Assembly (NCBI GenBank): GCA_964016885.1
Contig: OZ024746.1
Span: 20,832,001 to 20,896,000 of the forward strand
Direction of reading: 5' to 3'
DNA: 64,000 bases
Source: Eledone cirrhosa
Lineage: Eukaryota
Positions within the stretch are counted from its first letter, which is position 1; every line of letters starts with the position of its first letter. The translations under genes and the position numbers were made by a program. Of the stretch, positions 1 to 15,096 are shown in pieces. The notes under the pieces are model-generated. The model ran no database searches and was not told the DNA's origin. It worked only from the letters and a program-made list of their open reading frames with translations.

Positions 1-424
1 TAACAAACAGCTTTAATATTAACGAAGAGAAATTCTTTGTTTGTTTCGGTCATGGAAACTATTTCATGACATGTCTTATTCAATGACTATACATTTTATT
101 TTGTTCTTTACAGTCAGTCTAGGTCAGCTATTCACTAGCAAGAGATGGATTAGCAAAGTAATAAAACTGTGAAAAGCATTTTTATGGTATTAGTGTGTGA
201 GGTGTAGGTGCATTGTAGATCTTCTGTCTATGTATGTTTGTGTGTGTGTGTTTGAGTGTGCGTTACTTTATTTGCTTTGTTTTTACTGGAAGACGATAAA
301 CAAGATCCCAGACCTCATTCGCTTATAGAGTGAGGTGGAACTTGTCAAATCGGACCAAGCAAACAATGTTCCAATTGATCTTTCCATTGCTGATACTATC
401 TACAGATCGCAACTCTTGACAGAA

Positions 425-745
425 GGAGCAATGTGAAATAAAGTGTCTTGCTCAAGAACATAATTGTTTCTACTTTTAGGCACAAGGCCAGCAATTACCC
501 AGTGCATTACTGGTACTTTATTTTATCGACCCCGTAAGGATGAAAGGCAAAGTTAACCTCGGCGGGATTTGAACTCAGAATGGTAAGGGCCGTAACTCTA
601 TGCGTTAAAGCATGGCGTCCGACCCACTACCGATACTGCCAATCCACCGCCATGCTCAAGAACATAATGCATCGCTTGGTCTAGGAATCGAACTCACAAT
701 CGCGAGGTTTCGAATCTAATTCGCTAACCAATGTGTCACGTCCCG
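425..745 (-). mobile_element. Older tRNA-derived SINE (family C), interrupted by a younger SINE
   Basis: Minus strand has a B-box-like GAGTTCGATTCC followed by GTTCTTGAGCAAGACAC...TTTCAC..TGCTCC, homologous to 18226-18506 and 50261-50376; split by the insertion at 462-651. Confidence 0.7.
462..651 (-). mobile_element. Full-length young tRNA-derived SINE (family A)
   Basis: Minus strand: GGCGGTGGATTGGCAGTATCGG (A box) ... GAGTTCAAATCCC (B box), central GCCTTTCATCCTTACGGGGTCGATAAAATAAAGTACCAG domain, AAT-type tail; 16-bp TSD TGCTCAAGAACATAAT at 449-464 and 653-668; more than 10 copies or fragments in the window. Confidence 0.9.
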
Positions 746-780
746 TCACTTATTTTTGTTACGATTGTAATATTATCTGA

Positions 781-979
781 CTGGGTCGACTGAAAAGTTC
801 ATTGGCTGACTATGAAGGAGTGATACTAGAGCTGTGAAATCTCGCATGCATTAATTTCAACTCTTCTTATTAATAACTGCATTGTTTTTTTCCAGGGACT
901 ATGTTGAAAAGTAAACCTCATTTAGTCATTCCATGATGGTATCTTGATCAGCCTATGAACTCTTCAGCCAGCCATCATG
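781..979. mobile_element. Tc1/mariner-type MITE (~200 bp), degenerate copy
   Basis: Homologous to 19954-20170 and 28240-28441; degenerate GGGTCGACTGAAAAGTTC...GAACTCTTCAGCC inverted ends. Confidence 0.75.
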
Positions 980-1469
980 TGTAGTGGACATATATACATT
1001 TCAGGGAACTTGAATGCAGAATATTTAGAATGACTTGCAAATCTTCATTGGACTGCTAATAATCTATTGGATTTGGAGAATGCCGGTCAGGTAGCTTTGT
1101 AATTTTTTGGGTGACCCTATAGTTTCTAAGCTTTTATCAAAATCTGTTGTGACACACATACACGCACACTCACACCCAGATATACACATACATCCTCATA
1201 CATACACACACTCACACACAAATGCCCTTATCTCTCTCTCTTACATATACTCTCACATACAACCACTCTCTCACTCCCCACACGCACACACGCATACACA
1301 CGTACACACATACACAGACATACATACACAGACACACATACACAAACACTTATACTCTCATAAACACACGCTCATAAACAAAGACATCTCTTTCACACAC
1401 ACTCTCTCTCACATACAAACACTATCTCCCACATAGACACACACACACTCGCACAGACACAGGCACATT

Positions 1470-1515
<46 letters not shown>

Positions 1516-1889
1516 GTGGAGTATAAGAAACATCCTTATATTTGAAAAAATATACAGAAGAATGACTACACTGCGGATTGGTTGGTGTACCTTAATAATG
1601 CATTGTTTTACAACGAATAAGTTTTATTATTAGTCATTGTAAGTCCTTGTTAATTTCAGTGGTGAACTTTACGTCAGGAAGAGACTAGTCTGACAGGAGA
1701 TCGCTGCCAAATGTGAGAATGTTCCCCCATTGAAGTTAATGCTTTGTTTTGGAATAGCTCAAAGACACTTACATAATATGCGTCGCAACGTATAGATCGA
1801 CGCCTATGTAATTAGCTTTCACCAACACTGACGATTGCCATGTCAATGTGCCAATAATCATATATCAAATGTAATTGCACTCTCTAATT

Positions 1890-1920
<31 letters not shown>

Positions 1921-2039
1921 TATATATACGTATGTATGTGTGTTTGTACACACACATATATATGTATGTATGTGTGTGTGTATGTATGAGTATTTGTGTA
2001 TGTGTATGTGTAATACATAGAGACACACATGCACATATG

Positions 2040-2118
<79 letters not shown>

Positions 2119-2122
2119 GCAC

Positions 2123-2166
<44 letters not shown>

Positions 2167-2739
2167 GCGTATCAGCATTGCGCTTTCTCCAGCATTGTGC
2201 AATGATCTCTCGTCGGAGCAAGTTACAGTATGTGATGGTCTCTCATCAAAAAGATGAAAGGCTTTCCTGAATGAAGACTATAAATTTATGCAAATTATTA
2301 GTCGCTAGTTTCATCAGAATTGAGGTGTAGGTGGTACGAAGGGGGAGCCCTTAGAGTTCCTTTATGCTGTATATTGATTAAAATTATCTATACACGTAAA
2401 GACGAATCTGAAAGAAAACCAAACAAGCAATATATTGAAAGGAATTCAAGTCTGCTCAAAGACATTTTAGCAGATATGATGAATTCATTTCACAACGTGT
2501 GAGGTTTCATATTGTTAATGCCACTAAAGAATCAAATTCACCCTGTTAATAGTACCTGATAAATCTACGATTTTATCATTTTGTACTTTTATATTCTCTC
2601 CCGTGAGAATTATTTCAGAATCGGTCGAGAGATAGGGGAATGTAATTTGAGCTGAGAATTAAACTGATCACATGCTTATAATACCTTTCAAGTGTATAAC
2701 TCTTTGAGATAGAACCGTATTAGATTGTTTGGCAAATGC

Positions 2740-2741
2740 AT

Positions 2742-2810
<69 letters not shown>

Positions 2811-2843
2811 TATATATACATATATATATATACATATATATAT

Positions 2844-2880
<37 letters not shown>

Positions 2881-3410
2881 TATCTATACACACACACGCA
2901 CATATACACAGACACATAGATACATATATATATATACATATATATATATATACACATATATATATATGTACATATGTATATATACAAAGACACATATATA
3001 TACACACACACACATATATACATATATATATACATATATATATATATGTACATATATATACACACACACGCACATATACACAGACACATAGATACATATA
3101 TATATATACATATATATATATACACACATATATATATATGTACATATGTACACACACACATATATATATATATACACAGACACATATATACATATATATA
3201 TATATACATATATATACATATATATATATATATACATATGTATACATACACACACACATATATATATATACACAGACACATATATACATATATATATATA
3301 TATATGTACATATGCACACACATATATATATATATATATACACACACATATATACTATACACACACATATATACATATACATATACATATATATATATGT
3401 ACATATGTAT

Positions 3411-3443
<33 letters not shown>

Positions 3444-3486
3444 CACACACATATATACATATATATATATACATATATATATATAC

Positions 3487-3547
<61 letters not shown>

Positions 3548-3564
3548 TATATATATATACACAC

Positions 3565-3607
<43 letters not shown>

Positions 3608-3700
3608 CATATATATATATACATATATATATATATATGTACATATGTATACACACACACACATATATATATATGTATATACATACGTATATATACGTAC
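2740..3700. repeat. Compound (TA)n/(CA)n microsatellite with higher-order units
   Basis: Directly visible; recurring TATGTACATAT and CACAGACACATA motifs. Confidence 0.95.
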
Positions 3701-3969
3701 TCATAATTACTGATACAATATATGCTAATATCACATGAAAATGCAAGCATTCTCCACTAGGTGAATTCAGTAACGCATTTTAATTTTACGAAAACATGGA
3801 GGATCCATTGAAGTTACATCCAAGACACTTAATTTTATAACTTACAATATTAGGGAAAAAATTGAGATTTTGGAAAATAGACAAGCTAGAAGAAAATGGA
3901 AAAAATTGAATTTAAAGAGAAAAAAAGAGAAAACGTACCGTGGGATATATATATATATATATATGTATA

Positions 3970-4025
3970 TTACTCTTTTACTCTTTTACCTGTTTCAGCC
4001 ATCCGGCTGAGGCCATGCTGAGGCA
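3970..4025 (-). mobile_element. SINE 3' tail fragment, (TTACTCTT)n type
   Basis: TTACTCTTTTACTCTTTTACCTGTTTCAG...GGCCATGCTG resembles an octopus SINE tail (from recall, not searched). Confidence 0.45.
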
Positions 4026-4294
4026 TGTATAGATGTACACATATATCTATAAACAACTACACACATACACACACACATATATAATAGTCGACAGCTGCAA
4101 ACCTGTCGGCGAAACTGCAGCTGGGACTTTGGAGAAAAAATAGGTATATTTTTCTATTCTTTTCTCACATTTTTAATTATATATATTTAATTATATATAT
4201 TTAATTATATATATAAAAAGATGAGAGAAGCTCTATGTTAACGAGTTTACTTGATCCAGCAGCAATACACAAAGGCTAGGAATGTTGTCAGCCG

Positions 4295-4345
<51 letters not shown>

Positions 4346-4557
4346 ATACAAACAACATTACCAACACGTAGTTGTTTATCTTACTAATTAACATATGTGT
4401 GCACTCTGAGTAATGGGTTTGCCTTTCTAACGTACATATCTTGTAGTATCATCGCAGGAGTAAGGGAAGAAGCTGCAGCGAATCTCCTCAATCTAGTTTC
4501 GTACACACACACACACCCACACACCCAATCATTCAACCGTAGTGTTGAATGATTATA

Positions 4558-4882
4558 TTTTGAAAATTTTGTAAGTAGGTTTATAGTGATGAATTTTCTA
4601 TAGACTGTTGTAGCTGTCTCAGTGGCCTAGCAGTAGGTACTAGAGACGGTTGTGATTCTGGTCTTGGTTTCAATCCTGGTCGAGAGGTACATGTAATCTT
4701 TATCAGTTTTTATTTTACATCCCATAGAAAAAAAAACTGAAAAGGTTCACCAGGAACCCTACTCCCGACCAGGATCGAACTTCATACCCAGATCACCACC
4801 ATCTACGACTCTACCAACTAGGCCGCCGAGACAGCTACGAACGAATAACGAAAATTGATAATTATAAACCTACTTTCAAAAT
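4558..4882. repeat. Diverged inverted repeat with a tRNA-like segment in each arm
   Basis: AAGTAGGTTTATA...GTAGCTGTCTC..TGGCCTAG...AATCCTGGTCG (4573-4682) is mirrored by CGACCAGGATCG...CTAGGCC...GAGACAGCTAC...TATAAACCTACTT (4767-4875). Confidence 0.75.
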
Positions 4883-5033
4883 CAAAGATAAAAACGTGGT
4901 GTCGTTCATGGCTTTCCTAGAGCTATTAGTTATATTTAGGGTCGACTAGTCAATCTTCTGGCTCTTTGGTAACAACCTTATTATTCCTATGTGTTTATAT
5001 TCATACATATTCCTATATATTTATATATACATA

Positions 5034-5076
<43 letters not shown>

Positions 5077-5710
5077 TAAAGGAAACACTAGAAAATAATA
5101 ATGCCTTAATTATGAACGTAGTAAGAAGTATATGTATTAGTTCTGTTGGATATCCATCCGGACAACATAAACTTTGTGAGCAAGCAGTGTGGTATAAAAC
5201 TGTTCAATGTATATTAATTCAGAAAATCTGTGGTTAAATTGGTGTTAATTTATATTTCCTTTCACTTTTGTCAATGTGAAATACTATTGGAATATAATCT
5301 CATGTTGTTCTATGAGAAATTCCCATTAAATCATGATCATGAGAACAGAACTATAAGCTAATATGATTTAAATTAAGTTGGAGAACATGCATAAATACAT
5401 CCAGGAACATATGTTCTATTATGGCTCAAAGAAAGGCGATAACCTTTTCATAAAGAAAACTGCTTCAGTCATTTACTTTAAATTATATTGGATGGCGGGA
5501 TTGATTAAAGAGGTCATTCAATATAATGGAATACATGTATAATTTTACAGCAAGTAATTTATTGTATATACACATTGTATGAAAGGATTCAATTCCAAGC
5601 GCTGCGATGCAAAGTATCGGCTTTCAAACTCTTTCTATTTGCTTATTTTTCATATTTTAAGCTTGAGAATAATATATGCAACTTGCATTCTATAAACAAA
5701 CACCGTATGT

Positions 5711-6163
5711 GCACACATACACATGCTGTATACCAATGTAGAAGCACACATACACATGCTGTATACCAATGTAGAAGCACATATACACATGCTGTATACC
5801 AATGTAGAAGCACACATACACATGCTGTATACCAATGTAGAAGCACATATACACATGCTGTGTACCAATGTAGAAGCACACATACACATGCTGTATACCA
5901 ATGTAGAAGCACACATACACATGCTGTATACCAATGTAGAAGCACATATACACGTGCTGTATACCAATGTAGAAGCACACATACACATGCTGTGTACCAA
6001 TGTAGAAGCACACATACACATGCTGTATACCAATGTAGAAGCACACATACACATGCTGTATACCAATGTAGAAGCACACATACACATGCTGTATACCAAT
6101 GTAGAAGCACACATACACATGCTGTATACCAATGTAGAAGCACACATACACATGCTGTGTACA
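5711..6163. repeat. 33-bp minisatellite, ~13.7 copies
   Basis: Unit CACACATACACATGCTGTATACCAATGTAGAAG, near-identical head-to-tail copies. Confidence 0.97.
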
Positions 6164-6213
6164 CACTGACTATACTACAACATATGTACATACATATATA
6201 CATTCATGCATAT

Positions 6214-8790
6214 CTACCTACCTACATACCTACCAACCTCCCTATCCCCTACCTACCTACCTACCTACCTACCTACCTACCTACTTACCTACCTACCTAC
6301 CTACCTACCTACCTATCTCCCTACCTACCTACCTACCTACCTACCTACCTACCTACCTACCTACCTACCTACCTACCTACCTACCTACCTACCTACCTAC
6401 CTACCTATCTCCCTACCTACCTGCCTACCTACCTACCTACCTACCTACCTACCTATCTACCTACCTACCAACCTCCCTATCTCCCTACCTACCTACCTAC
6501 CTACCTACCTACCTACCTACCTACCTACCTACCTACCTACATACCTACCTACCTACCTACCTACCTACCTATCTCCCTACCTACCTACCTACCTACCTAC
6601 CTACCTACCTACCTACCTACCTACCTACCTACCTACCTACCTACCTACCTACCTACCTACCTATCTCCCTACCTACCTACCTACCTACCTACCTACCTAT
6701 CTCCCTACCTACCTACCTACCTACCTACCTACCTACCTACCTACCTACCTACCTACCTACCTACCTACCTACCTACCTACCTACCTACATACCTACCACC
6801 TACCTACCTACCTATCTCCCTACCTACCTACCTACCTACCTACCTACCTACCTACCTACCTACATACCTACCAACCTACCTATCTCCCTATCTCCCTATC
6901 TCCCCACCTACCTACCTACCTACCTACCTACCTACCTACCTACCTACCTACCTACCTACCTATCTCCCTACCTACCTACCTACCTACCTACCAACCTACC
7001 TACCTACCTCTCTCCCTACCTACCAACCTACCTCCCTCCCTACCTACCTACCTACCTACCAACCTACCTACCTACCTATCTCCCTACCTACCTACCTACC
7101 TACCTACCTACCTACCTACCTACCTACCAACCTACCTACCTACATACCTCTCTCCCTACCTACCAACCTACCTCCCTCCCTACCTACCTACCAACCTACC
7201 TACCTACCTACCTACCTACCTACCTACCAACCTACCAACCTACCCACCTCCCTCCCTACCAACCTACTTCCCTACCTACCTACCTACCTACCTACCTACC
7301 TACCTACCTACCTACCTACCTACCTACCTACCTACCTCCTTACCTACCGACCTACCAACCTACCTACCTACCTCCCTCCCTCCCTACCTACCTCCCTCCC
7401 TACCTCCCTCCCTACCTACCTACCTACCTACCTCCCTCCCTACCTCCCTACCTACCTACCTACCTACCAACCTACCTACCTCCCTCCCTACCTCCCTCCC
7501 TACCTACCTACCTACCTACCTCCCTCCCTACCTACCTACCTAACTACCTACCTACCTACCTACCTACCTACCTACCTACCTACCTCCCTCCCTACCTCCC
7601 TACCTACCTACCTATCTCCCTACCTACCTACCTACCTCCCTCCCTACCTACCTACCTACCTACCTACCTACCTACCTACCTACCTACCTCCCTCCCTACC
7701 TCCCTACCTACCTACCTATCTCCCTACCTACCTACCTACCTACCTCCCTCCCTACCTACCTACCTCCCTCCCTACCTCCCTCCCTACCTACCTACCTACC
7801 TCCCTACCTCCCTCCCTCCCTACCTACCTACCTACCTACCTACCTACCTACCTACCTCCCTACCAACCTCCCTACCTATCTCCCTACCTACCTACCTCCC
7901 TCCCTCCCTCCCTGCCTACCTCCCTCCCTACCTCCCTCCCTCCCTACCTACCTCCCTCCCTACCTACCTACCTACCTCCCTACCAACCTCCCTACCTATC
8001 TCCCTTACTACCTACCTACCTACCTACCTACCTACCTACCTCCCTACCAACCTCCCTACCTATCTCCCTTACTACCTACCTACCTACCTACCTCCCTCCC
8101 TACCTACCTACCTACCTCCCTACATACCTACCTCCCTCCCTCCCTCCCTCCCTCCCTCCCTACCTACCTACCTACCTACCTACCTCCCTACCTACCAACC
8201 TCCCTACCTCCCTCCCCCTCCCTCCCTCCCTCCCTCCCTACCAACCTACCTACCTACCTACCTACCTACCTACCTTACTACCTCCCTACCTACCTTCCTC
8301 CCTACCTACCCCCCCATCTCCCTACCCCCTACCCCCTACCTACATACCTACCTCCATATCCCACCCGGACACCCCCTCTCCCTACCTCCCTACCTACCCC
8401 CTACCTACCTACCCCCTATCTACCTACCTACATAGCCCCCCACACCTAGCCCCACATACCTACCTCCCCCTACCTCCCTCCCTCCCCCCTACCTCCCCAC
8501 CTCCCTACCTACCTACCTACCAACCTACCTACCTCCCTCCCTACCTCCCTTCGAACCTCCCTACCTCCCTACCCCCTACCTACCTCCCTACCCCCTACCT
8601 ACCTCCCTCCCTACCTCACTTCCTACCTCCCTACCCCCTACCTAACTACCCCCCACCCCTCCTACCCCCTCCCTACCTACCTACCTACCTCCCTACCTCC
8701 CTACCCCCTACCTAACTACCCCCCACCCCTCCTACCCCCTCCCTCCCTACCTACCTACCTCCCTCCCTCCCTACCTACCTCCCTACCTAC
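6214..8790. repeat. ~2.6-kb (CCTA)n-derived satellite
   Basis: CCTA units with CCTC, CCAA, TCTC and CCCC variants; almost no G on the + strand. Confidence 0.97.
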
Positions 8791-9014
8791 ATATTTGGCG
8801 TGAACTCACACAGGCTTGCCATCGAACAATATATAGGCTTTTCGATTACTGCCATCAACAACTTTAATGGAACAACAACCAGTCTTGTTTAGATTTAAGC
8901 GCTATTTGTTTCAAACGTCAGCTCTCATACAAACATCGTCGCCTTTAGCCACGGACACCGACATAAGTATAGGCCTGCTTGGTGTAAAATATTAGACATT
9001 GTAGGTGTCTTGTC

Positions 9015-9660
<646 letters not shown>

Positions 9661-9726
9661 CACACACACACGCACACTCACAGCCACACACACACTCACA
9701 CACACATATATATATATATATATACA

Positions 9727-9888
9727 CGAGGGTGGGCTGAAAGTTTCATAGGCTGAGTATGAAGGAGTGAAATATTGCATGCATTAATTCCAACTGCATT
9801 GTTTTTTTTTCAGAGAGGGACTATGTTGAAAAATAGACCTCATTTGGTGATTCCATGAGAGTATCTTGGTCAGCCTATGAACTATTCA
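9727..9888. mobile_element. Tc1/mariner-type MITE, partly deleted
   Basis: CGAGGGTGGGCTGAAAGTTTCATAGGCTGA left TIR; interior homologous to the other copies. Confidence 0.75.
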
Positions 9889-10096
9889 CTCTTCTATAGC
9901 AACGAGAAGTTATTTATATCTCAGAATATCAATGGGCATATAACGTTACACTTATTAAAATCACCAATAATTTAGGCATAAAGGTAATTATCACCTCCAA
10001 TCTCAGTATTGTAGGTTTCCTAAATCTTACCTTCAATTTAACAACAGACAAATGCAAACCATATACGAAACACGATGCAAGATTTGTATATGTTAA

Positions 10097-10423
10097 GATA
10101 ACTTTCTTTTTATTTGCCACCAGGGCATCAAAAGTGGGACAAGTACAAAGGGGGGAGTTTACATGCAAAGGCGTCCTCAATATGGAGGAGGCAATAACAA
10201 GATATAAAAGTATAAAAATAAAATAAAATATAACAAAATAAATTTTGTAACAAAATCCTCAATAGGGAGGAGGCGCCTTGGGGGGAGAGGAGGGTCGCCC
10301 CCCCCCCCGAAAAAAAGTGTGCAACCTTTCTCCTCAGGAGCACAGAGAGGGGGTGCTCCCTTGGTCTTTCATCTTCCTCACCTATAGTCTGATGTAGAGT
10401 GAAGGCCCATTCACACGGGCCAT
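10097..10423 (-). mobile_element. 5'-truncated copy of the Tx1-like LINE (last codons plus 3' UTR)
   Basis: Reverse complement closely matches 33484-33796; flanked by TATGTTAA direct repeats (10089-10096, 10424-10431). Confidence 0.9.
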
Positions 10424-10945
10424 TATGTTAATATAGAATCATGCCTTTCCCCCTCTTCGGAAACCGAACTCATAATACTTGTGCAAGAACGTCTAAGATG
10501 TCATTAAATAAAGCAAGTTTGACAATGCCTCCCTCTAATAAAATACTAGAAACAAATGAGTAAGAAAGAAATATCTAATATACGACACCTCCAACATGAT
10601 ATAGTAAGAACAGACGTGGTTATATCATCCTGGTTCACACGTTCAATCTACTTAAATCAGAAAAAAATATAAGTGTAGCATTCTTAGGTTAGTATTTGAA
10701 AGACTATGCTACTGTATTCGACATCCAGTTGAAGAGCCCCGAGGTATGTAGACCATACATAGGCAATGCAAGTATCTAATATGTGTTCTATACATTTCGA
10801 TAGGTATACGTATATTCCTGCTTTTTATTACACACACAAACATCTGAGGAATAATAAGATTGAAGAAAAGCTCGTTCACCAGCAATCTATCTTCAGTTAA
10901 ATTAAACATTTATAAATTATACTGTACTTCGTTATAACACACATG

Positions 10946-10992
<47 letters not shown>

Positions 10993-10995
<3 letters not shown>

Positions 10996-12599
10996 AAAGT
11001 TTTATTTAAAATTGTTGGGTTACAACGAGTAAATATTTTATAACTGATATAAAAGCACTCAACAGATTTTTGGAGTATTTTACGATATTAAACAAATGGA
11101 AACTACATTTATAAAACCATATTTATTTCATTATATATATTTCAGGGATATCATATTAAAAATATGGTATGCCCTCTTCAGACAAAATACAATATATAGA
11201 CAGTTTTATAAATAAATTTGACATACCTTAGAATTTACAACTTCCATTTAAAAAGTTGTTACGGTAGTGAAAATGTTAAGGACGGTTAGAAAGAAAGACG
11301 GAGAAAAAAGGAAAAGAAGAAAGAAAAAGAAGGAAAAAAGAAAAAGAAGGAGCGGAAGGTGAAGAAGATGAAGAAATGTATGTAAAGAGAAAACCACCAA
11401 ATGAGAGATCTATGAGGGAAGGGGGTACTGTAATTATTCATTTATTTATTTATTTATTTAGTGTTAAGGATACGGGGAGAAATAAAAACAAAAATAAATA
11501 AGGAGAGGTAGATCGAGTAATATCTATTATACGAGGTGGGAGAGATAGGGGAGGGGTGATATACAGGAGATAGAGTTAAAAGAGCCGATATAAGAGTAGA
11601 GGGAGGAGGAGAGGAGATATACTTAGAAACAAAAATGATAGTTTTAAAATATTATGTTTCATCAGTCTATCAATTCCTATGAATTATAATGTAAACATCA
11701 ATATTCCTGAATGAGACACATATCAATAATGTGTGAAAAAATAATGACTATATGTTTAGTTTAAAAATTCATAGGTTTATAATCAAAATCTGAGATAAAA
11801 CCTCAAAAAATACTGGAATACATAAGTATATATGTATTTTCATGAAAAAAGAGAAAAGAGAAAGAAAAAGAGAAGGTTATCTCAAATTGACATTAGATTT
11901 TGATTATAAACCTATGAATTTTTAAACTAAACATATAGTCATTATTTTTTCACACATTATTGATATGTGTCTCATTCAGGAATATTGATGTTTACATTAT
12001 AATTCATAGGAATTGATAGACTGATGAAACATATTTTAAAACTATCATTTTTGTTTCTAAGTATATCTCCTCTCCTCCTCCCTCTACTCTTATATCGGCT
12101 GTTTTAACTCTATCTCCTGTATATCACCCCTCCCCTATCTCTCCCACCTCGTATAATAGATATTACTCGATCTACCTCTCCTTATTTATTTTTGTTTTTA
12201 TTTCTCCCCGTATCCTTAACACTAAATAAATAAATAAATAAATGAATAATTACAGTACCCCCTTCCCTCATAGATCTCTCATTTGGTGGTTTTCTCTTTA
12301 CATACATTTCTTCATCTTCTTCACCTCCCGCTCTTTCTTTTTCTTTTCTCCTTCTTTTTCTTTCTTCTTTTCCTTTTTTCTCCGTCTTTCTTTCTAACCG
12401 TCCTTAACATTTTCACTACCGTAACAACTTTTTAAATGGAAGTTGTAAATTCTAAGGTATGTCAAATTTATTTATAAAACTGTCTATATATTGTATTTTG
12501 TCTGAAGAGGGCATACCATATTTTTAATATGATATCCCTGAAATATATATAATGAAATAAATATGGTTTTATAAATGTAGTTTCCATTTGTTTAATATC

Positions 12600-12602
<3 letters not shown>
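10993..12602. repeat. Large fold-back element: ~710-bp inverted arms, 103-bp spacer, (TA)n flanks
   Basis: 11081-11791 is the reverse complement of 11895-12602 with only a few substitutions and one 3-bp indel. Confidence 0.95.
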
Positions 12603-12663
<61 letters not shown>

Positions 12664-12670
12664 CTATGTA

Positions 12671-12713
<43 letters not shown>

Positions 12714-12806
12714 ATATATATATACACATATATATGTATATATACATATATATATGTATATATATATGTACATATACATATATATGTATATATGTGTATA
12801 TATGTA

Positions 12807-13714
<908 letters not shown>

Positions 13715-13720
13715 CACGTC

Positions 13721-13781
<61 letters not shown>

Positions 13782-15096
13782 TGTGTGTGTGTGTATGTAT
13801 ATATGTATATTTATACATAGTTACACACAGAGAAACACACACACACATGTACTTATATTTACGCGTATGCATATGTTTATGTATATGGAAGCATATACAT
13901 CGCCCAGACACTTTGTTAAATATGTATTGATTCATTTAAGTCAGTTGCTCTATGTCTGAGAAAAAGTTAACTTAAACCAACTTATCATTTCTAGATACGT
14001 AAATGCAATGATTTTTTTTGCTACCTTACTTCTTCCAACAGGTTTTACTTTTAATGGCACTAAACAGTCTGGCTTTGTGGTTATGTTGTTTAGTTCACGT
14101 TTGTAATGTCGTAGAGTGCGATTCCTGCCCGCAACAGGTTAGCACGTAAAATAAAGCATCCTTGTGCAGGATGCTTTATTTAACGTTGCTCTAGTGGCCC
14201 GAAGACTTGTTCATTCTATTATATTAACGATATCGAAAGCTCTTGTAACAGAACCAGATCTGTTGCTGGGACCACCTCTCGTTTCTCCTAACCAGGATGA
14301 AACGCAGCCGTCCTTTTTTTGCCATATGTGTCCATTGCACCCCCGTCTTCAGGAGTACTAGAAGGATAACAACCATCTAGAAGAATAGACTATAATTATG
14401 GCCATTTGCATTATGATCTGTTGCATTAAGATCTGTTGTAGATTTAAATGGATAGATATAATTGGGGGAGGGAAATATCTGAATGTATGCATACATATAA
14501 TCTAAATATAGAGTGAACATAAAGGTAAACACAAAGGTAAAAAACAAAGATGGAAAAGTAGATGTAAGATTGCCGAGAAGAAAGTAGCAGTAATATCAAC
14601 GGGGAAACTATTGCTAATTCTTTGATTTTGGCAGTGGGACAGGTAGTTCGTTTCTTGTACCCGGATGTCCGAAAACAAGCCGGAGTGTCTTTTTACGAGG
14701 TAGTGTCTTTTTATAAGATCTGCCTTATAATAGGGGAAACAGGGTACCACTTATTGATGCAGACAACTTAAAGTAACAGTGTTAAATCCGTTTGCTTACT
14801 TTCCTTATGACAGACGTGTGTAATTCCATTTTAAAATAAACTTTTGCTTTATAGACACTTATCGATGCAACTTTACTTGTGTTCTAGTGGTTATATTGCG
14901 CAATTAATCGTTGCTTCATGATGTTAGGTTACTTAATATTCCCAACATTAAAAGGCCGAAAGACATACTGAGAAAGAAATAGGAAAAAAAAACGAGTTCC
15001 TATTTTGTTCAAAATTAGAATTCACTTCATTATTTTGTATAAACATCATGGAATTTGAAAAAACAAAAATAAAAAATAAATATTTTACCTTTGTAA

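Noticed and set aside
1835-3750. Numerous YI/HT/CV-rich ORFs here and throughout the window
   Set aside because: Translations of (TA)n, (CA)n, (GA)n and (TATG)n microsatellites
5711-6163. CRISPR-like 33-bp periodicity (also the 27-bp array at 19348)
   Set aside because: Units are contiguous with no unique spacers; eukaryotic context; no cas genes
5575-8715. 1046-aa ORF (PTYL-rich)
   Set aside because: It is the translation of the 33-bp minisatellite and the (CCTA)n array, which lack stops by composition; no domain and a non-ATG start
6214-8790. Telomeric repeat
   Set aside because: The unit is TAGG, not TTAGGG or TTAGG, and the array is interstitial and heterogeneous
12015-12047. CTGATGA enclosed by TGATAG/CTATCA in the large palindrome as a hammerhead
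   Set aside because: No GAAA after a stem II, and no stem III or cleavage triplet
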